Source: Azolla caroliniana
Taxonomy: Eukaryota > Plantae > Polypodiophyta
Direction: 5' to 3'
NCBI GenBank assembly: GCA_043228905.1
Contig: JBHGNT010000001.1
Coordinates: 33,852,001-33,916,000 of the forward strand
Length of the DNA: 64,000 nt
The position numbers and the translations under genes are program-made. Under the pieces are notes generated by a model that saw nothing but the letters and a program-made list of their open reading frames with translations, was not told where the DNA came from and ran no database searches. This document shows positions 38,647-51,590 of this stretch, piece by piece. The first letter of the stretch is position 1, and the number at the start of each line of letters is the position of its first letter.

Positions 38647-41600
38647 TTACTCAATAAACCTATCTTGGTACGATGCATCAGAGAGACGACATTCACTTGT
38701 TTGGCCAAAAATAGTATAACGATTCGTCGCGACTGTGTCATAGACAGTATCCTTCAAGAACCTACATAATGAAATCCTTCATTTGTAAGTCCATTATATC
38801 TTTGTATGAATTTTGAAATATTAATAGGTGAAACTAAACAACGTACAAAGGTAATGGATATAAAAGAGTTGCAATCAATGGGAAAGGTACACGCAAGTAG
38901 TTTGCAATCCGCAAAACGGCTTCTGATTTGGTCGATGACCTGATCATATAGCATAAATATTGTGGAATAAATGCAAGCATGATACATATTTTCCACATAA
39001 CATGGTTAGAGTACAAGGAACCATCATCCAAAGAGCAACACATAACCTTAAGCATGAGCGTGGATATCACAGAATCATGTAATGCAATCTTCAGTTAACC
39101 TAGTGTTAATTAGTTTATGTTCTTTAGAGATTCACTTGAGACAATTTGTGTCCATTTGTACAAAAGAATGTATGCATGCCTAAATTTTCTTGTCCAAAGG
39201 CTACAATGAGATAGTATAAAGAGCTCAGTGTGAATGATACCTTCATACCTGTTTTTCTCAACTAAAACAATACTTGAAATATCGTCCGGAGAACGGCCAC
39301 ATCTTTGAAGCAATGCCCTGCCCGCTTCGCTTTGTAAAGCTGCAAGCCTTAAACTCCTATGATTATAAAATCAAGAAAAAAAGAAGACTTGCTTAATTCT
39401 TAATTCAATCAGTGTCTTCTACCTCTGTTTTGTTAATTTACTCATTTGAATTCCCTCATAAAACTCTCCATGTTTATTTCATATCTAGGTCGACTCTTTT
39501 TTATCAATGCCTCAGATTTATTCCAGCTGACATCAAGGGGTCAGACACATGAAACTGGTGAGCAAAATGTGATCAATTACACACACCAAAGGTCAATTTG
39601 GCCTATCATGGAAAATAAAACTCGTTCTTCCTCAAAACTTGCCAAATAACCTCAACACAATTACTGCAAATCAATCCAATCAATGTTGTTTCACACGTTA
39701 CAAAACTCTCTTTTTTTCTCTCTTCAGAAGTCCCTGATTTTCTTCACATATACCATCCAGGGAAGGAAACAACCTCTACTCTTTTTTATGGTTGACAAAT
39801 GTGAGGAAGAGAATTGTTTAACATTTTTGCTCACATCATCCAAGCACATGATGTTCTTACACAGCATGGAGTATTGCCAGAGTTACGTTTATGTTTTCAT
39901 CATGTCAAGCACGTTGGGATTTCAGATTTTGCACCACCTAGACATATCCCGGCATGGACTTTGTAATTTTCATGTGGCCTATCCATTCCCTTTTGTCTTT
40001 AAGCGCACCGTGTCATCCCTTGAGCTGCTTCTTCTGCCACCTCTCATGTCACAATTCTGCAACACTGTCTTTGTGGAATCATTGTCAAAATACTTTTTTC
40101 ATAGCATCTCTCAGAGAAGGTTGTTCTCACTAGCCAAGCATCAATATACATGCTGTCATTACAAGATGATCCATCTCCAGAGCTTGTTGTAATGCTATAA
40201 AAATATTCATGATGCCTTCAATTTATACTTGGCTATTTTGGGGGCTTGTAATTTGATATCAATAAACTGTGCTTTAAGTTATTTACCCTGGATGTAGTAT
40301 TGGACTAATGACACTTCTGTGGTAAATTGATCCCCTCACTCTTAGCCTCTATATACCTTGGAAATGACTGGGGTTGGTTAATGGTGGGATTGCAGTTCTA
40401 CCACTTTTATGAAGTTTTCCAAACAAATTCTGGTTGCATATTTTGGTAGTTTATATAGTTAGCTCGTAACTCCCCATATGTTGTAGCCATTATAAATTGG
40501 AAGGGATAGCATTTAGCACAACAAGTTAAGCATGAAGCTCTCATCAAGGCTCCTTTCCTTTCGATACGTTCTTCTTCAATTTCAAACTTGCAATCAGAAA
40601 GACCTTGAAGATTTTGAGAAAGACAATAATTTAATGCAGTTCAGATGTTCTCCTCTACTTGCTACCTACAGAAGCTCAGTTACAGGTCCCCCAAAAGAGA
40701 GCTTAGTTCCGTGAGAAGTTAAACAAAGCCACACTTTAATAACAATATCTAAGGGAAAAAACAAATTATCGTTCAGTTATTATTCATCATTCAGACACAG
40801 ATTACATAGCCAAATCACAATTGGCAGTAGGCATAGCTTCACCTTTGTGTTGATGATCCTCCTTATTCTTTTACTCTCTGTCGCAGTTGTCACTAAATTT
40901 GTTTTAGGAGTAAGAGCTTTATGGGCGTCCGATCTCACCTATCAGCATCCTTCTGCGTGCCCCCTTTTCTATTAACCTTCCACTCCTTTGATTATAAGGT
41001 CTTTTAATAGTTATGTTTCAACAAACCACTGCTTTTTCTGTCCATCACTCAGACTATTAAAAAAAAACATTTCACACCTCTCCATCTACCCAAATTTGCA
41101 CGAAACAGTGTCCTTAATAACACAACACCACAAATCCATATAATTGAATCAGCCAAACAAAACCTGATGAAATTTACAAGCTCAGAACTTGGTTGGATCA
41201 ATAGGCAACCTTGTTGCCATTTTGTTTTGGAGGAAAAAGTACAACTAATTAATGAGCAAACATATATGCATATATCCACCTCTTATTGGGGAGAATCATT
41301 TCCTAATCTGGGAATTTCACATGCCAAAATTGAGCATCTTGTTCTTTGGAAGGTATACATCAGCATACATGCAAAAATTTAAATTGATCTTAAGAACTTC
41401 TATTCTAGAGTTTCAAGAATTCAATAGATCACTCCTCGTACATTGTCCTGGACATGAAGAATATTAGATTCTTCAGGACATCTCTAGAAAGGAGTGGAGA
41501 CACACACACACACACACACACACAATTGATGCGTACTCATTTTTAACATTGAATAAGCCTATTTTGGCAAAACTAGCTTCGTCTAGAAATAAAACTGTAT

Positions 41601-43023
41601 GCATCTAAATTTTATTAAGATAAATATTAGCAATCCTGTATCTCCGTTTCTCGTTAGCTTTTCTACATATAACAGATAATGCCTATTTGTGAGGTTTATA
41701 TATATGAGGGACGATCCATAGTAGGAGACGTTAATGCAGAGATGTGTATAAAGCAAGCAAAATCACAGCATGGACATGATAATTGCAATTTGACACAAAG
41801 TACAGCCAATTTCTGTTGAGGAATTTTACTTTTAATTGACACAAGAATCAACATAAGCCAAAAGATAAAAACTATTGGCCAAACGATCAAAAATCTATTT
41901 TTATCGATAAAGTTACTCTGTCATGAATACGTAGGCATTAGTACACAATAATAGCGTCAAATGAAATATTAGTTAAAGAAAGAGAATTGTGGTCAAGAGG
42001 GAGCACAATATGCTTTGCACATATTTTCCTAGATGGGCTAAGCATACATATCATGCATAGACAAGAATATTCAGCATACAGTTTACAGAAACCTTAAAAT
42101 CTTACCCTTTTGGATCGTTATCGAGAACTATATTCACAGCTCCATTGCAAAGGTTGCAGACACCTATGAAAAGTAATGCATGCTTTACTATTTTTGTATA
42201 AACGCTTTAATTGGAACAAATGTATGTAGAGGACAAAAAAAACACAAATTGAAATAATGGCAACAGTCTAACCCTGGGGGGTGGGGTGGGGTTCCAATTA
42301 GATTGCAAAAAGGCTACATCCTATGATATGGCTTCTCATGTCAAGTGTACATACAGATCTGAAGCCATGAGAACTCCATCGCAAAATTGCATTGTTATGA
42401 TGACCACTGAAGTTAATAGTGCACGGGAATTGGCTGGCAGATAATGGATTTGATCCTAAAGTTTCATTTTATGATGCATAAGTTAATATGATCGCCTGTT
42501 TGATACAAATTGCCAAAGAAATGTGCTTAAGAACGAGGGCATCATTCATACAGTACACACACAGACCCACAAAATAAACATCATCTTATAAATTTCTCAG
42601 CAGCCAACAATCACGTATATGTGATAAGCCTCTAATAATCACATCTGATTGTTCATTTATTCTCGAAGTCTGAGAATTATACAGAGCCAACAACAACCAT
42701 GTCTTGGGATTCATTGCTTAACCCTTACTAGATCATTACGCATGCATACGTACATACGTATACAAAGAAGACATACATGTACAGAGGATAGAGAGAGAGA
42801 GAGAGAGAGAGAACTAACCGTCAAAGAGAATGATTGGGCGATAATCCTTGATGAAGAAAGCATCGGATCGTTCAACCACTGAAGGATCAGAGATACTACA
42901 CCGCAACATTAAGCCGAGCTTCTGATTCTTCCTCTTAGTCTTCAGAGAGTCCTGGTTCCAAATGGTGGAAGGGCATGCGGCAAGATTAGGAAAGCTGAGC
43001 TGCAATGCCATAGCCATTGCCAT
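38647..43023 (-). CDS. DCC-family (DUF393) thiol-disulfide oxidoreductase with a probable plastid transit peptide
   Basis: Five exons: 43023-42819, 42163-42106, 39356-39249, 38939-38847, 38761-38647. Protein: MAMAMALQLSFPNL...RPIILFDGVCNLCNGAVNIVLDNDPKG SLRLAALQSEAGRALLQRCGRSPDDISSIVLVEK...KSEAVLRIANYL...YDTVATNRYTIFGQTSECRL...DRFIE*. The family motif DGxCxxC is present. Confidence 0.93.
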
Positions 43024-44579
43024 GTCTGCCACAGTTTCGATCGATGGTTCAGGAATGGAGATATATAAATCTATACAAATAAATAAAAGACTGGGTTTTC
43101 AGGATCAACCAGAATACATACATATGTAACATATAGGGCCCCTGCTGCAGCAGAGGGGGGTATTGGTATTGTGTGGTAGCTTTCATACATACATATGTAT
43201 GTATGTATGTATGGTATGTATGTATGGTATGTATGTATGTATTGTATGTATTGTATCAGTATGTATGTATGTATGTATACCAATGGCAGTGTGCCCAAGA
43301 GAGCTTGGTGTGCTCTTCGGAACTCTCTCTTGCCTTACTTCAGTAGCTCAAATCTTGTGCTCAAGAGAAGGCATTCATTCAGCGATGTGAGGGGAGAGCA
43401 TGTCACCATCTCGCTTCCTTCACCTAAGTTGAGCTCTCCCCTCACACAACAAACATCTCACGGGAAATGGCCCGAGTTAGTAGAACCGAATCTTATGATT
43501 CGCGTGCGAACGATTTGGGTGTTGGTACCATGTAAATGAACATGCCTCGAGTTGGCCCTCCCCCCCCCCCCCCCCCATATACATAGGATGGTTTTAGATG
43601 CCTCAGACACACATTTTTGGGAATGAAGGATCTCTTAGCAAGGAGCGATAAGGTTCATCAATAAGAGTGAGGAAATGCAAAAGAGCAAATCCATTGATTC
43701 ATGAATCATCATTATGTGTGCGTTACCTTTGAAATATATTCTCATTTGCAAGGTACCCTTTGAACCGGAGGTGTTTGATCGTTTTTTAATTTTTAATTTT
43801 TTTTGGGAAGGGGGGGGGGGGGTAATAAACCAACACGCCATAACAAACATCAAACACAATCAAGCTTCACAAACTATACCTTGCGACACATGCTTTAGAG
43901 TCTAGAATCTAGATTATTTATTTTCGTTGGCCCCTGTAATCCATTCCCCTAACAAATGGTATCACACAGAACGTTATCTCCAAGCACATAACCTAGGGTC
44001 TAAGCCTTAGTTTAAGTATTGTTCGAGATATAGAGACTCATACTGCATCGGCCCACATAATCTTCCCGATTGGTTTGGGACTCTGGAGTCGTTTTCATCT
44101 GAGAGCTATGTTGTAACGTGAATGAGGTCTCTTCCCGGTCTTAACCATTATTACCTCTCACTAAATGTGGAGGGGGGCGGGGGGTATTTGGGGAATTTCG
44201 TGGAAATAGAGGGGCTAGTTTTGTAAATTAGTAGAAACCCCGACTTCTGCGTAGTGCGCTGTTTTGTTCCTGATCGATTTTCTTGATTCCATTTCTTAGG
44301 GTTCTTGGAAGGCTCCCCTGTTCCTTCTTCTTCTTCTTCTTCTTCTTCTTCTCTGTTCTCTCTGTTCATTCTCATCAGGTCTTGCGACAGACAGTTGAAC
44401 ACCTCCCTCCAGGCAGAAGGCCCCCCCCTTTGCAACCATTTCCACACATCAGATCTTTCTTCTATACTCAAGGTGTGCCTTTTCTCTGTTTGTGTGTGCG
44501 TGCGTGTGTGTCAGAGATCTTTCGATCTGTCTTTCCTCCCTTTCGTCCCTTCTCATTTTGGCCAGAAATCATCAGGGCC

Positions 44580-47500
44580 ATGGATGTCCTTCTGGCCATT
44601 GATTCTCTCGCGGAGAGAAAGGAGAAGCTTAAGAAGGCTTTCTCTGAGCTAGAAAGCAACCAAGCTCTGCTAAGCAAGCTTGGGGCTAATTGGCAAGATG
44701 TAGATGAGTATCTACTTGGGGTTGAGAATCGTCTTCGAGGAGCTATGGAAATGCTAGGGTCCAGAGAGAAAGCTTTTGAAGCTAAATTGAGAGAAACTAA
44801 AGAAGCTCTCGATAAGAGAGAAGCAGAGATATCTGCGAGAGAGCATTTGTCGCTTGCATTAGTTCAAGAAAAGAAAGATGAAGCTGTTGCTATTATACTT
44901 GAAAGGAAACGGAAGTGGTCAGAACAACCAAAAGATGAAGACAAAGAAGAAGGAAAAGGAAAAAAAGGGGAGAAAAAAGAGAAAGAGAAGGAAAAGAGTG
45001 TGAAAGGATCTGATAAAGTTGTGAAATTAGAGGAGGAAAGTAGAGGCCTGGATGCTGCTAATGGTTTCTTAGCGATGGATGTGGATACTGCTGGTTTTCC
45101 TGAGACCATACAAGCAGACAGACGCCATTCTGATACCTCCATGAGCCTCAGTGGTCTTCTCACATCAGTACCCGAGTTTGTAGTAGTAAAACCTCGGCCG
45201 ATGCTGAAGTCCTTGTGCGAAGCTATGGATTCAGAAAAGCTACTGATTTTCATTGCAGAACGTAGGAAAGACCTTAATGCAATAAGTGCTGAGCTTCCAT
45301 TTGCATTAAGATCAGCCTCTGAGCCTGCCCGCATGGTTCTTAAAGCTCTAGAAGGCTATTATCGACCTAACCAAAACTCAGGTTCGGGATCAAGCACTAA
45401 AAATGATAACTTGTCTTTACCTTCTAATAAACGTGCATGCATCATATTGTTGGAAGCTCTTGCCGATGTGCTATCCTCCAATGATGGCATTGCCAAACAA
45501 CCCATGGTTTCCGAAGAGTTGAAAAAGTCAGCCAAGCTGATTGCTGACTTTTGGAAGTCTAAGATTGACCTTGATCTTGATTTGACATCCAACCATTCCA
45601 TTGATGCCCACAGCCTCTTGCAGCTTTTGGTGACTTTTGGGTTGGCATCTGAATATGACCCTGATGAGCTTTGTAAGCTTATTTTGCCAATTACAAGGAG
45701 GAAGCAAACTCCACATCTATGCCGATCTCTTGGTTTATCCTCAAAAGTTCCAGGTTAGTGCTTCTGAAGCAAATCAATCTTTAGTATCATATACAGGGTG
45801 GAGGATAATGTATCACTAAAATTGCATATTTTTCCACCAAGTCTCATGTTTAATGAGCTTCCACCCTCTTTAGCAAACATAATTGATGCTGCATTGACAA
45901 ACTTGCATATTTTTCCATCAAGTTGTCATATCTTTTGGCCACACAAAATTTTAGGTTTATATACACGGTTGATATATCACAAAGTTACATGTTGCCATGA
46001 AAATTCTTATATATTTCAGCATATCTTTTGCTCATCTATCCCATTGTAGCAGATCAACGCTTATGTGGTCAATTAGGTAGTTGGTTGTGCGCTGCGTCTT
46101 GCTTATTAGTTGTTTTGAGTAGTTTATTTGTTGCTCATCATGTTATTGCCAGTTTGTTTCAGTTATCTGGTAAATCTCATTTTCTTTGTCAATTCGTTTC
46201 ATATATATTCATCATATTCAGTTGGTTTTGTGAGAGTACTTTTGTATATGTTCAAATTTTAGTTGGCATACACTGCGTTTTCTCTTGTTGTCATGCTTAG
46301 TTCTGTCGTCTCTTGGATTGCCAGATATTATTGAGAGGCTGATTAAAGATGGCAAACAAATGGAGGCCATCTCATTTGCTACTGAGTTTGAACTTTCAGA
46401 TAGATTTCCACCCATACCTTTACTCAAGTCATATCTCAAGGATGCTCGTAAAGTTGTCCAGAACACCCAAAAGAGTAACCATAATGCAATCGCAGCACAG
46501 GTAAGATGAAGCAAATTCTTTGGTTTGGTGGATGTATGTTATGAAAAAATGCTGAGTCTGGTGATAACAAGCAAATGCTTAGGTTTATAGGTGACAGTAA
46601 TAAATGAAACATAGGAACTCTGCCTAGGGCAACCAAGTTTTATAAATGTATGGTATAAAGATTGCAACAATTATAAGCACAAGCAAAAGCTTAGAATCAT
46701 GAATATGTATGTTATAAAATTGACAACTGTACGAATTGTAAGCAAAATTTAAGGTTCATAGACAAATACAATATGGAAAATAATAACCCTGGTAAGAGTA
46801 AGCAAAAATGGTTGATAACGGCAACTCAGATAAGAAAAGTGTAAATGTATTTGATGCAAAGTATGAAAAGTGGAAAGTGTGGTAACATGAAGCAAAGCAT
46901 AATTTCAAAGATGTATGGTCTGAAATCTGTGAACTTTTTATCAATCTATTTTAACTAACAAAACCTATGAATTATGTTGGTTCTGCAAGCAAAAGCATAA
47001 GCATAGGTTGGAAGACTGAGTACATTACTATATATAACTATAGCATAGGTTTGAAGAATGAGTACATTACTATACCTAACTATAGCATAGGTTTGAAGAA
47101 TGAGTACATTACTATACATAACTATAGCATAGGAGTACTCAGTCTGTGGGCTCATAGATATATGGAATGAAAAATGGGCCTTTTAGACAGTAGCTAACAT
47201 AATTTATGAAATTTTTTGACCCCACAGAATGATGCTAATCAAAAGGAGTTAGCAGCATTAAAGGTAGTGTTGAAGGCAATTAGTGATCTGAAGATCGAAG
47301 AGAAGTACCCCCCAGCACCGCTTGAGAAGAGGCTAGCACAACTCGAGAAGGCAAAGGCAGACAAGAAACGAGGGAGTGGACCAGGGAAATTGCAACAAAT
47401 GAAGAAACCACGAACTGACAATAAGGTTGGTGGAATGGTGCAAAATAATAAGAATTTCTATAGGCCTCCTGAAGGAAGGGTTCCATATGGTGATCCAATG

Positions 47501-47755
47501 TTGCTAGCGTATAATGCAACAACAAATCAACCCAGTTTTGATCGGAACCTTATTGCTGGGTATGGCTCGACATATGGCATTTCCTCTAGAAGTCCGGCGG
47601 TTTTGCAGAATTCTTATATGTACTCTTCAGATGGTGTTGGTTCACTCACTTATGGACCATCTTCTTATGGGGGTAACACCACTGCACCATCTCTGTATAA
47701 CACTGGGTATGGCTATGGATCTGGTTTACCTTCAGCTTACCAATCATACCACTAA
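44580..47755 (+). CDS. FRL: FRIGIDA-like protein
   Basis: Three exons: 44580-45753, 46325-46500, 47228-47755. N-terminal coiled coil (KEKLKKAFSELE..WQDVDEY); Frigida domain LKSLCEAMDS..L..FI, ELPFALRSASEPARMVL, RACIILLE, AHSLLQLLVTFGL, LCRSLGL, DIIERLIKDGKQMEAISF, FPPIPLLKSYLK, KELAALKVVLK; Tyr/Ser/Gly-rich tail. Confidence 0.95.
46998..47132. repeat. three 42-bp tandem repeats in FRL intron 2
   Basis: agcataggtt(t/g)gaaga(a/c)tgagtacattactata..taactat occurs three times. Confidence 0.9.
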
Positions 47756-50700
47756 AAGAAGGTTTGGTAGAGGATTGTAGTTAAAAAATACAAAGTGGAA
47801 AAATGTGTTCAGCTGGCAAGCAAAAAGGAGCATTAAAACCTATGGTGAAACCATGCATGCCCCCACACCCATCAAGGATTGATCCTCTTTGAACTACTTG
47901 TTGATCAAGCTTGAGTGTGCATGATGATGATGATGGTAATGATTGCATGAAAAAATGCAAGTTTTCTGCACATACAATGATTTGTGTACACTAGCATGTG
48001 ATCGAAAGTGGTGTGGTTGAAAGTGAAACCACTGTTTATCCAGCTAATGGATGTATTCAAATGTCTTGAGATTACAAAATTATCAATGTCTTTACACAGA
48101 AATGGCTGTAAGCGTTATGACAGCAAGTTTTTATCTGCTGATCCTTGGGAATATAAGAATGCATTTTACTTTATAAAGTATATGCAGTAGTATGGTAACA
48201 TGCTGCGAGAAAGATTGTATTAATTGCATTTAGATGAAATATTTCAGCAACCGATTGCTTAATTGATTTGATAGCCATTGATGAGACAACAGAAATTTTA
48301 ACATACTTGTATTTGGTGAATGGTATAATGTACACAATTGGGTATTTCATTTTTCACTAAAAAAACAGGTCACAAGTCTTTGTTGCATTATGAACTAGTT
48401 GATTAATGGTCTGGACACATGATGCAAAAGTTAATGGACAATACATCTACCCATGAAAAGGTTTGCAGTGTGCACCATGAGGTTTCACTTTGCAAACTGT
48501 TTATAGAATGTTAGATTAGTTGTGTCGTAAGTAGTATTCACTTGCAGCACACAAACACAATGATAGGTGAAATGTGTATTAAGAAGCAGAGACAAGATGT
48601 ATGCACTGATTCAACAATGACTTTACTGTATCCATGTTTCTCTCATTGTGTGTAAAGGCGTTTATACATGAGGTTATGTAGATTACAATGATATGTAGTA
48701 CACACCAATGATGTACATTTAATTGTAACAAATTATTGTTACTTCTGATGGGCAACACTATGGCATGCCTAATATGGGACAACATATTTATGTAGAAAAG
48801 TTAGTGATTGAAGGTTTGATGATGTTGGAGTGGATGGGAGTCAGAGCTTGTTTGGGATTGTACCTCTAGGTCTGAATTCAAGATATGCAAGTCTGGCATT
48901 TCAGATGCTGGACAAACAAGACAATAATGTTGCTGGAACACCACAATTAGTTCTACATTATTGCCATGTTTGTAGCAAGCTGGTAGCCCAAGTGGGCCAT
49001 CAATGGTTTTTCTTTCGTCAGCCTGGCCTACGCGTGCTCCCTGAACTGTAATTGGCAAGGAATTGGGCCTCAAATGTGGGCACCAATTGCAAGTACTCCA
49101 ACTAGAGCGACCGTGTGGTATGTTCCACTCAATGCTTGGAGACATGAGGCCATGCTTTCCAATTGACTTTGGTTTAGGTTGGAAGAAAGAAATGCTGTGT
49201 TTGCCATATTACTAGTTGTAGAAGCTATTGTTATCATGGGCGCATAGTGCCAATTGTCATATAGCAAAGAATGTTTCTCGGTGAGGTGCGTGACACAAGC
49301 CTCATTTCAATTACTTGTTTCTCCTCAATCGAAGTTTTGACACGCTTATGAGGTGCTCTTGGCCATTGCCTAATGAATTGACGACGAAGTATTATTAAGT
49401 TGATTGGCTCTTGTAATATGTTAGTGCCAGTTTGGGGGTCTTAAGAATATTATGAATGTTTAACTAAGAAGACTCTTCTCATTGTAATCTTCCCTCACTT
49501 TGTTGATGGAAGTTCTGATGATTTATCTTTCGTTCATTGTCTCTCTTTTTTATCTGTCCCTCTCAAGACATCTTATTCCGTTTGCATAGAACTATGCTCT
49601 CTTGTTCTTCATATTGACAAAATATGCCCATAGACCAACTACTACATCAGCCTTGTGTCGGAGTCAAGAACCCATGGTGCTTGCAAAAGAACACCTATTT
49701 GGTATTTCCTCTGTTTTACAAGTGGGGGAATAAGACTATTCTCGTGTTGCATGAGCTCCACAATATTGGAGGCCATGGTTTTCTTTGTTTTGTTCCCAAG
49801 TTTGATAGTAGGCACATAACCTAATGAATTGAGGACATATATAAGTTGCTACACGTGATCTTGGAGTCTAAAATAACTTCAACCTTGAACAAGAGATGGG
49901 GCCGTAACCATCCAATTCAGAATGAAACTAGATCGCGATGATCATTTTAATTGTCAGACATGGAATACTAGGTAGAGGCATAAATGTAAAGGAAGACGTA
50001 ATGGAAATTCTGTCATCATTGATTTGTGTAAATATCATGAATGGTTCACAAGGTCTCCAAGATGAAAGTTAGCCTTTTCTAATGAATAATCAAAGTGACC
50101 ACAATTTTTTGAATGACTTGTGCATGGTATGACCACTATGTAAATGCTAAGAAAGTTCAACTAAACTTTATTTGACTCGTACCATACAATTTTCATTAGT
50201 AGGGCTCAAAGGTACTTCACAATATTCAAGCATTTGTCCAATGAGGATGACAACCTATGTTTGTGAAGGAGCATATCATATAGAAGAATAGACTAAATCG
50301 TTGTAAGACAATTCCAAAAAATGCGAGATGTCAACATAATAATCCTATTTGTAATTTATGAAGCAAGGGAGATATTAACTTAATGTCTAATTTAATGTGT
50401 TTTGAGTCTAAATATCACTTTTTGAATGATCAATCAAAGAGAGGTTAGAAGAGATTTCGTGAGGTTTGAGCAATTGCTTCCAAAATTTGGAGATGAATTA
50501 TGGCTCATGATTGCGTATAATGATATATGGGAAACGATGACGATGTTTGATTATGTCTGTTTGCATGATCTGTAATAAAACCCAATATATGGACAATTTG
50601 AAACTAGCAATTATTGAAGTCACCCATACAAATGATGTCGAGGCATCTTATTGACAACACATGCAAGCTGGAAGACTACAAATTTGAGGAGACCAGTACT

Positions 50701-51281
50701 CTTGACTAGGTCTAATAATAGCCTTCCATACTGAAAAATGCTTAATTATTGGTGTATGGTGCAGGCATTGCAAGATATGGAATCAAGAAGGACAGCCATT
50801 AATAGTGATGTATAGATGTATGTTCTAAAAGAGCAATCCATCTTGCCATTTGAACTGTTTATAATATGGATGAGAACAGCTAGATCTTGAGCAAGAAGCC
50901 TAGTTTGAACAATTATGATCCCATGAATACCTATTGGAATGGAACCAAGAATTCTTTGAACTCCATAGAAGAATGTATTGAATTATTGTAAAGAGAATCT
51001 CACAAGATGCAAGAATTCAACCCGATCATCTTGTTGGTCATGGATGTAGCAAGATGCTCCTCTATCATCTACTTTGTGAAGAGATTGCGAGCAACCTTAA
51101 GTAAATGTTTCCAAAATTCTGAGATGAATTGTGGCTCTTGACAATCGATTATAATGTCCTTTGGGAAACTAAGATGTTTGAATATTTTCTCCTATAACTA
51201 TGTTTGTACCGGTAGAAGATGTGCCACGAAGATGGGAGATCTATAAAGAGATCCAAAGAAATGAACTCCATGAACCATCAA

Positions 51282-51590
51282 AAACTAGTAATGGGTACGA
51301 TAACCCATTAAGACAATATAACACAATTGCAACTAGTAATGGGTACGATAACCCATTAAGACAATATAACCCATTAATTATGAAGCTAAAGCTACTAGTA
51401 CTTTCGGAAAACTAGCCCTAAAATTCGTTACACTTTGGGACCACCTATATTCTAATAATTAATAACATTAGATAGAAACAATAATAATTGAATCCTTATG
51501 ATGATTTCCTTGTTGTGACCAATTTGGGACCACCAAATTTCTAATAATTTATAATATTATATAAAAACAATAATTGAATCTTTACAACAA
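51282..51590. repeat. two adjacent tandem duplications (~49-bp and ~89-bp periods)
   Basis: aactagtaatgggtacgataacccattaagacaatataac x2; tttgggaccacc...ttctaataatt...aataattgaatc x2. Confidence 0.85.

Noticed and set aside
44283-44579. N-terminal extension of the 491-aa ORF upstream of the FRL ATG
   Set aside because: It starts at a non-ATG codon and runs through a CTT microsatellite and probable 5' UTR. The Frigida-like sequence begins at ATG 44580.
48800-49300. Overlapping short ORFs as a gene
   Set aside because: No coherent exon structure or recognisable domain; possibly TE debris.
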